Below are positions 46,117 through 51,940 of a stretch of DNA of 51,940 nucleotides, piece by piece (position 1 is the first letter of the stretch; each line of letters begins with the position of its first letter). Source of the stretch: Escherichia phage MLP1. The stretch is taken from the sequence record NC_079176. One strand, given 5' to 3'. The notes under the pieces were generated by a model. It was not told the origin of the DNA. It was given only the letters and a program-made list of their open reading frames with translations, and ran no database searches. Position numbers and translations under genes: made by a program.

Positions 46117-46641
46117 ATGGCTTACGGTTATTGCGGTACGGAAGCCAAGTTTGTTTCTTGGCTCCAGTCTGCTATTCGCAGTGTTTGGTCTAAACATCCA
46201 AGCAAGCTATCTCTTATCCAGGCTCGACGTGTGGCATTGAAAGTTGGTACATCCAATAAACCAATATTCCACATTCAGTGTTATCACTGTAAGAAACTGT
46301 ATAAGTTGAAAGAGATTGAAGTGAACCACAAGAAACAGGTTGGAGGACTTCTTAAGTTAGAAGACCTTCACCGTTTTGTGGACAACCTTTTATTGGTTCA
46401 GCCAGAAGATTTGGAACTGCTGTGTCATGATTGTCATGGCATCATCACATACATGGAACGATATGGAGTATCTCGACGAGATGCAGTCATAGAGAAGAAG
46501 TGTATCGCCTTTGCCAAATTGAAGGATGACGAGCAAATTGCCAAGTGCAAACTCGCCAAGATTGACCCAATCCCTAAAACCAAAATCGGACGTAAGAATG
46601 CTGTCCGAGAATACTTGAGACTGAATCTTAATGACTATTAA
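46117..46641 (+). CDS. HNH endonuclease (putative homing endonuclease)
   Basis: CYHCKK...EVNHKK...LCHDCH. Confidence 0.7.
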   Translation: MAYGYCGTEAKFVSWLQSAIRSVWSKHPSKLSLIQARRVALKVGTSNKPIFHIQCYHCKKLYKLKEIEVNHKKQVGGLLKLEDLHRFVDNLLLVQPEDLELLCHDCHGIITYMERYGVSRRDAVIEKKCIAFAKLKDDEQIAKCKLAKIDPIPKTKIGRKNAVREYLRLNLNDY

Positions 46642-47386
46642 GCTTCTCGATGATGGTACAAAATATACGAAGGCCCATGCTCATGATTGGGAAGACCCAG
46701 AATGTCAAATCAAAGGACGCTGCGAACTCTTCATCAAGATTGACGGAATTCGAGCTATCCGTAATAAAGCAGGTGGTGTCTGGAGTCGTAATTCCAAACC
46801 CTTACCTCATTTATCGCACCTGGAGTTCAGAGATGCTGAGATATTCCGTAATAGTTGGAATGAGACTTCTAGCATCCTCGGTCGTATTGACCCGCCTACG
46901 GTCGCACTAACCCAAGAAAACGTGTATGAGCTTAGTGATGGTGCTGTTGACCCACGCTTGTACATCGGCTGGTGCAAAGACCCAAGCAATGAAAACCTTA
47001 AGGCATTGATGGATAAATATCTGGCGCTTGGTCATGAAGGTATTATCGTCCGCGATGCAAAAGGTAAGTGGTGGAAGATTGTACCATACAAATACGCCGA
47101 TGTGAAGATTACTGGTATGAAAGAAGGTACTGGTGCTCTCAAAGGTATGTGTGGCTCTATCTCCTCTAACTACGGCAGTGCTGGCTCAATGGTGAAAGAT
47201 TGTCTGGCAGACCACGGTATTCCAGAATCAAACACTGCAATCCGCAAGTGGCTGTGGGAACATCGTAACGAGCTAGTTGGTTCGATTATGCAAGTTCGAT
47301 ATCGTGAGAAGACAGAGGCTGGTAAATTCCGCTTCCCTTCTTTGGTTCGCCTTCGCACAGATAAGAGCGAGGAAAGTTTTGATTAA
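46631..47386 (+). CDS. ATP-dependent DNA ligase (minimal type)
   Basis: Adenylation motif I KIDGIR. Confidence 0.65.
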   Translation: MTIKLLDDGTKYTKAHAHDWEDPECQIKGRCELFIKIDGIRAIRNKAGGVWSRNSKPLPHLSHLEFRDAEIFRNSWNETSSILGRIDPPTVALTQENVYELSDGAVDPRLYIGWCKDPSNENLKALMDKYLALGHEGIIVRDAKGKWWKIVPYKYADVKITGMKEGTGALKGMCGSISSNYGSAGSMVKDCLADHGIPESNTAIRKWLWEHRNELVGSIMQVRYREKTEAGKFRFPSLVRLRTDKSEESFD

Positions 47387-48005
47387 GCGTTTAGCTGTCA
47401 TTCTTAATGGCCCACCTGGCTGTGGTAAAGATACAATTGCCAACAAGATAGTTGCTGCCGAGGAACTTTTCTTTCTCGGTAAGCGCCGATTCACTAAACA
47501 CCAGTTTAAGGATGCCCTGTATGAGCATACTGCCAAACACTTTCAAGTCGATGTGGACAAGTTTATCCACTATGCTTCGGACCGTGACCTCAAAGACTCT
47601 ATCTCCCTTGCAGGTCTTGGTGGCAGAACACCTCGTCAAGCTCTTATTCACGCTAGTGAAGACATCTATAAACCTCGCTACGGACAAGACTACTTCGGTA
47701 AGGTTGAAGCTGCTCGTGTTGAAGAACTCACGGGGCGTATGGGTGGCGTTATTAATGTCATTTATCCCGATGGCGGTTTTGGCGATGAAGTCGTTGCCAT
47801 TGAGTCTGCTTATGATTTTGTCATCATTGTTCGTTTGCATCGTGATGGTTTTGATTTCACGGGCGATTCTCGCAGATACATCAACCTCCCAAACACACCT
47901 ACCCGCGTAACAGTGGATGAACATCTAATTGATGGTAAGGTGGATGATTACGTATTCAAAGTGTTCAACTGGATTGAACGCATAACTTATCAAGTAGAGA
48001 AATAA
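47379..48005 (+). CDS. deoxynucleoside monophosphate kinase (T4 gp1-like)
   Basis: P-loop LNGPPGCGKDT (compare T4 gp1 GVKRSGKDT); TTG start with GAGGAAAG ribosome-binding site. Confidence 0.55.
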   Translation: MIKRLAVILNGPPGCGKDTIANKIVAAEELFFLGKRRFTKHQFKDALYEHTAKHFQVDVDKFIHYASDRDLKDSISLAGLGGRTPRQALIHASEDIYKPRYGQDYFGKVEAARVEELTGRMGGVINVIYPDGGFGDEVVAIESAYDFVIIVRLHRDGFDFTGDSRRYINLPNTPTRVTVDEHLIDGKVDDYVFKVFNWIERITYQVEK

Positions 48006-48007
48006 CC

Positions 48008-48460
48008 ATGTCTTGTATGACCCAAGTTGTTGCAGTTAAACGAGTACACCCTAATGCGAAATTACCTGTGTATGCTACAGCTGGCGCTGCTGCTGCTGAT
48101 GTTTGTACTGTATCCGATACCACTGTTGTTATCAATCCCGGCTCTTCTGTTGTTGTCGATACTGGCCTCCAGTTCGAAGTACCAATTGGGTACGAACTCA
48201 AAGTGTATAGCCGTTCTGGTCACGGCTTTAAGTCTGGTATTCGCCTTGCAAACTGCACAGGCATTCTGGATTCCGACTATCGCGGTAATCTTATGGTTAA
48301 GCTGCACAACGACTCGGACACAGCCTTTGTTATTCAGCCGGGCGAACGTGTTTGTCAAGTGCAAGTTAGTAAAGCTACTCAACACCATTTCGTTGAAGTT
48401 GACCACTTAAATTCCACTGTTCGTGGTGAAGGCGGGTTTGGTTCAACTGGACGAGTTTAG
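48008..48460 (+). CDS. dut: dUTP diphosphatase
   Basis: AGAAAADV, SRSGHGFKSGIRLANCTGILDSDYRG, GERVCQ, RGEGGFGSTG. Confidence 0.85.
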   Translation: MSCMTQVVAVKRVHPNAKLPVYATAGAAAADVCTVSDTTVVINPGSSVVVDTGLQFEVPIGYELKVYSRSGHGFKSGIRLANCTGILDSDYRGNLMVKLHNDSDTAFVIQPGERVCQVQVSKATQHHFVEVDHLNSTVRGEGGFGSTGRV

Positions 48461-48489
48461 TAATTAGTAACTAATTGGAACCTATCTGA

Positions 48490-48816
48490 ATGAAACTGTC
48501 CTCACCTGTTGTAAATAATCGCAAAGTCAAGTTTGCATATTTGAAATCCACCGTCACTTCAACTGGCGGTGGTACTTATCTCACCCGTGCACTTGCAACG
48601 CGCAATGAAACAGGTGCGGATGTTATCGTTTTCATGCTTCCTCGTGGTGAAAATACAATCAAGAACGTCGAACGTATCAAGCGTGGGCGCGAAGATTTAA
48701 TGTCGGCTGTAAAGCCGCTGATACTGCCATTTAAGATTGTGGTGGTTGTTGGTTCTACCCAACAATATCTTGAAGATTTCTTTAAAGATATGGATTGGAG
48801 CGATATTAAATATTAA
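48490..48816 (+). CDS. hypothetical protein
   Basis: 108-aa ORF upstream of terminase. Confidence 0.35.
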   Translation: MKLSSPVVNNRKVKFAYLKSTVTSTGGGTYLTRALATRNETGADVIVFMLPRGENTIKNVERIKRGREDLMSAVKPLILPFKIVVVVGSTQQYLEDFFKDMDWSDIKY

Positions 48817-48831
48817 GCGGCACGCATAATA

Positions 48832-48860
48832 GGGAGGCTATCCGGCCTCCTATCTTATTC
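48832..48860 (+). terminator. terminator-like hairpin (GGAGGC/GCCUCC) with U-rich tail
   Basis: Read directly after the 48816 stop. Confidence 0.35.
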
Positions 48861-48870
48861 GGAGTCGCTT

Positions 48871-49056
48871 ATGCGCACAATTCAATGTAGTAACTGTCAT
48901 TACGAAGTGGCAGAGGATGATTTCATCACTCAGCAATGTCCTATCTGTGATTCATTCATGCCACTAAATCGGCTGATTTTAAAAGCTGATTCTAGTTTGG
49001 GCAACATCATTCGCATCAATCCCGTGCAAACTCAGCCATTAGTGGATTGTGATTAA
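48871..49056 (+). CDS. small zinc-ribbon protein
   Basis: CSNCHYEV...CPICDSF. Confidence 0.4.
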   Translation: MRTIQCSNCHYEVAEDDFITQQCPICDSFMPLNRLILKADSSLGNIIRINPVQTQPLVDCD

Positions 49057-49075
49057 AACCAAAGAGAACGAATCA

Positions 49076-51094
49076 ATGTCAAAGACTGATGACCTCGGGC
49101 CGGAGTTTAATGATACAGTAGCCTCGTATCTTGCCAAACACTACGGTGACGTATTAAAAGTCTCAAGAGAAAGATTCTGCATTCTATCTTTGCCATTGCT
49201 CCGTCGATATATTTCAGAAAATACTGCAATAGTTGACAGCTATGAAGAACAAATTCAAGCAGAGTTAGAAGGCCAGGGTCTGGAAAACGATGCTGTATTG
49301 CGTTCCGTTTTCCGAGCACAACTTGAGCGCCTTCGCTCTGGCGATAAGAAAGATTCAACTGCGTATGCCGACGAGTTGAAGAAAGGAATCCAAGCTGGTG
49401 TATCGGACCGTGTAGCTGGTTCGACTTTAGAAGAGCCAACTTCTGAACACGACAATACACAAGAGCTTGTTGATAAAATCCTTTATGACCCACACAACGT
49501 TGACCCATCTGTAATCCCAGCCAAGGTTGCAGAACAAGTCCGTAAAGTTTTGATGAAGAGTTTTGAAGCCTTCGGTAAATGGCAGTTCCATATTCAAATG
49601 GGATTCCCATTCCAATCTCAAGACTTTCACGATGTAATATTCAAAGTAGGGCAGAAAGTTGTTGACGGTGAGATTGACCGACTAATTGTCACCATTCCAC
49701 CACGACATTCTAAGACTCAGCTTATGAGTATTGCCTTGCCACTGTATTCATTTTGCCACAATGAATCGAGCCACAACATTATCACCTCCTATGCAGAAGA
49801 CGTTGTATTGGAATCTAGTGGTTACATCCGTGCAGTAATGCTGGACCCACTGTTCCAACGTATATTCCCGAAGGTGAGAATCGACCCTAACAAACGTTCT
49901 CTTGAACGCTGGGGTACGACCAAAGCTGGAGTTATGCACGCAGTACCGACTGGTGGTAAACTGACTGGTAAAGGTGCTGGACTTCTTGTTGCAAACTATT
50001 CCGGCAGCTTTGTGGTGGATGACGTTATCAAACCAAAAGACGCCTACTCTGACACAGTTCGAGCAGAAATCAACGACCGATTTGATAACACATTTATGTC
50101 CCGTCTTGCCAATGATGGGTGCATAACCGATTCTCGTGGAAACCAAATTAAGTGTTCTCGTACTCCAATGGTTATCATCATGCAGCGAGTTCATGACCAA
50201 GATTTAGTTGGTTATATACTCCGTGGTGGTTCCTCTGACAAATACCATTATCTCAACATCCCAGCGATTATTGAGAAAGGTGTTGGCAGTGCTCAGTGGT
50301 ACGACAAATTAATTAAGAAGCAGAACTACACTCATGCTATCCCTATTCTCTATGATTTGAACAGGAAAGAAGAGAAGTCTGCATTGTGGCCTTCACGTAA
50401 GAGTTTAGAATCTCTGGAGGCAATGAAAGAGTCCAACCCATACACATACAATTCACAGTATGCTGGCGACCCGTCTGCTCAAGGCCATGGCCTTGTTAAA
50501 GAAGACTGGTGGCAAGAGTATGAGCCAGACGCTTTCGACAGAAGTCGCATAGTTAGAAGTTTCATTACCGCTGACACGGCATCAACTGCCAAGTCTTATT
50601 CTGACTATTCGGTCCTTAAGCATTGGGGCGTGACTAAAGAGCGTGATGTATATTGTTTAGATATCATGCTTGGCAAGTTTGAAACTCCAGAACTCAAGAC
50701 TGCTATCATCGACTTCTGGAACAAATGCAACAAGTTGGATTTGAAATCTGTGGGCTGCATTCCTCGTGCTTTGTACATGGAAGATAAGTCTGCTGGACAG
50801 TTCTTGAACCAACAATTTATTAGAGATGGGAGTGTCCGAGTTTTACCACTGCCTCGTGATGGCATTAACGGTAATGACAAGGTAACTCGATTCCTTAACG
50901 CAATCCCATATTTCTCCCAAAAGAGGATATTCTTCCCTGCTGGTCATGAACACATTGACCACGTTAGACGTGAAATACTTGGATTCACTTCTTTGGGTAG
51001 TGGTACTGGACACGACGATTGTGTCGATAACGTTTCAGATATGGTTGCAATCGAATTCTCCGGCCCAAGTGCCAACTACTCGGCATGGATGTAA
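49076..51094 (+). CDS. terminase large subunit
   Basis: Walker A-like TIPPRHSKT and C-terminal nuclease-type ITADTASTAKSYSDYSV; long N-terminal extension. Confidence 0.7.
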   Translation: MSKTDDLGPEFNDTVASYLAKHYGDVLKVSRERFCILSLPLLRRYISENTAIVDSYEEQIQAELEGQGLENDAVLRSVFRAQLERLRSGDKKDSTAYADELKKGIQAGVSDRVAGSTLEEPTSEHDNTQELVDKILYDPHNVDPSVIPAKVAEQVRKVLMKSFEAFGKWQFHIQMGFPFQSQDFHDVIFKVGQKVVDGEIDRLIVTIPPRHSKTQLMSIALPLYSFCHNESSHNIITSYAEDVVLESSGYIRAVMLDPLFQRIFPKVRIDPNKRSLERWGTTKAGVMHAVPTGGKLTGKGAGLLVANYSGSFVVDDVIKPKDAYSDTVRAEINDRFDNTFMSRLANDGCITDSRGNQIKCSRTPMVIIMQRVHDQDLVGYILRGGSSDKYHYLNIPAIIEKGVGSAQWYDKLIKKQNYTHAIPILYDLNRKEEKSALWPSRKSLESLEAMKESNPYTYNSQYAGDPSAQGHGLVKEDWWQEYEPDAFDRSRIVRSFITADTASTAKSYSDYSVLKHWGVTKERDVYCLDIMLGKFETPELKTAIIDFWNKCNKLDLKSVGCIPRALYMEDKSAGQFLNQQFIRDGSVRVLPLPRDGINGNDKVTRFLNAIPYFSQKRIFFPAGHEHIDHVRREILGFTSLGSGTGHDDCVDNVSDMVAIEFSGPSANYSAWM

Positions 51095-51095
51095 T

Positions 51096-51308
51096 ATGGC
51101 GGTAATCACTCGATTAGATGCCCGCTCACGCAAGAACAACTCCCTCCAGATTCAAGATTTGGAAGGGAACATTCTGTGTGTGATTGAGGCAGTTTCTACC
51201 ACAGAGAGTGACTGTGTTAAGTTAAAGCACGAGTCAAATCTGCGACTCCACACCTCCGACAACATTCAAATTGTTAAAGGTAATGGAACTGTTCTAAGGA
51301 AGAAATAA
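51096..51308 (+). CDS. hypothetical protein (70 aa)
   Basis: ATG 2 nt after terminase stop. Confidence 0.35.
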   Translation: MAVITRLDARSRKNNSLQIQDLEGNILCVIEAVSTTESDCVKLKHESNLRLHTSDNIQIVKGNGTVLRKK

Positions 51309-51940
51309 TGACTTCCAAAAAGAAAAACAATCTCTCTGTTAAAGTTGCAGATGGGTTAGAAAACCTTGTAACGGGGTTGGGCGGTCAGGCAGATAAGTCT
51401 ACTTTTAACCAGTGGTCTTTCTCCAATAAGAACGCGAACTATCGCGAACTAATGAACCGCTTCCGTGAGGATTGGGTATCGCAGAAAGTGTGTACCGTTA
51501 TTCCTCAAGACATGACGCGTAAGTGGCGACATATTGATAGTGAAGAAGGGCGCAAAGCTGATAAGAAACTTCGTATCCGCAAACTGTTCCGTGAAGCATA
51601 TCAATGGGCCAGACTGTATGGGACTTCATTTGTATTACTCGACCTGAAAGGGACGGGTAAACTTGATACACCATTGCGTCTGGATAACTTGAAGACTGGA
51701 TGTATTAAATCCATGAGAGTTATTGACCGCTCACGTTTATTTGCCGCAGGAACTATGGTGCTGGACCCTCTAAGTCCTCACTATGGTTTGCCAGAATATT
51801 ACACTCTGGCAGGGTATCCCGGCTATATCCATTACACTCGTTTCCTTCGGTTCGAGGGTACTGAACTTCCACTGTTCGAATTCCAACGTAACATGTGGTA
51901 CTCTGATTCGGTACTTATTCCACTGCTGAAAACGATTGAC
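51307..51940 (+). CDS. virion protein, N-terminal fragment (possibly portal); runs off window end
   Basis: ATG overlaps upstream stop (TAATG); frame open for 211 codons to the last base; position after terminase. Confidence 0.4.

Noticed and set aside
1-51940. CRISPR arrays, integrase or attachment sites, and insertion-sequence inverted repeats
   Set aside because: No regularly spaced repeat-spacer array, no recombinase-like ORF and no transposase seen; the repeats present are short regulatory-type motifs

Overview
The window reads as a near-complete genome of a lytic, contractile-tailed dsDNA phage with every credible gene on the + strand. Order: virion module (1-21 kb: portal-like C-terminal fragment, scaffold, capsid proteins, sheath, tube, chaperone, a 1231-aa multidomain tape-measure-like protein, Mu/P2-type baseplate, three tail fibres), holin plus SleB-type hydrolase, a host-like orphan nrdB, a repeat-rich regulatory gap, a compact T7-type single-subunit RNA polymerase, an early region of small ORFs (ArdA-like protein, a protein carrying the host SSB C-terminal tail, T5-type M15 endolysin), a tRNA-like gene, spanins, then a T7-like replication module (thyX, primase-helicase, family A polymerase, FEN exonuclease, HNH endonuclease, ligase, dNMP kinase, dUTPase), terminase and a portal-like N-terminal fragment. 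From memory this matches phiEcoM-GJ1-type myoviruses that encode a T7-like RNAP; that is unverified. Most worth follow-up: the SSB-tail protein, a lambda-exonuclease/YqaJ-like domain inside the tape-measure-like protein, two apparent programmed -1 frameshifts, the orphan nrdB, and about 3 kb of ORF-poor, motif-dense sequence. All calls come from reading the ORF translations and sequence by eye; no searches were run, and gene starts are approximate.
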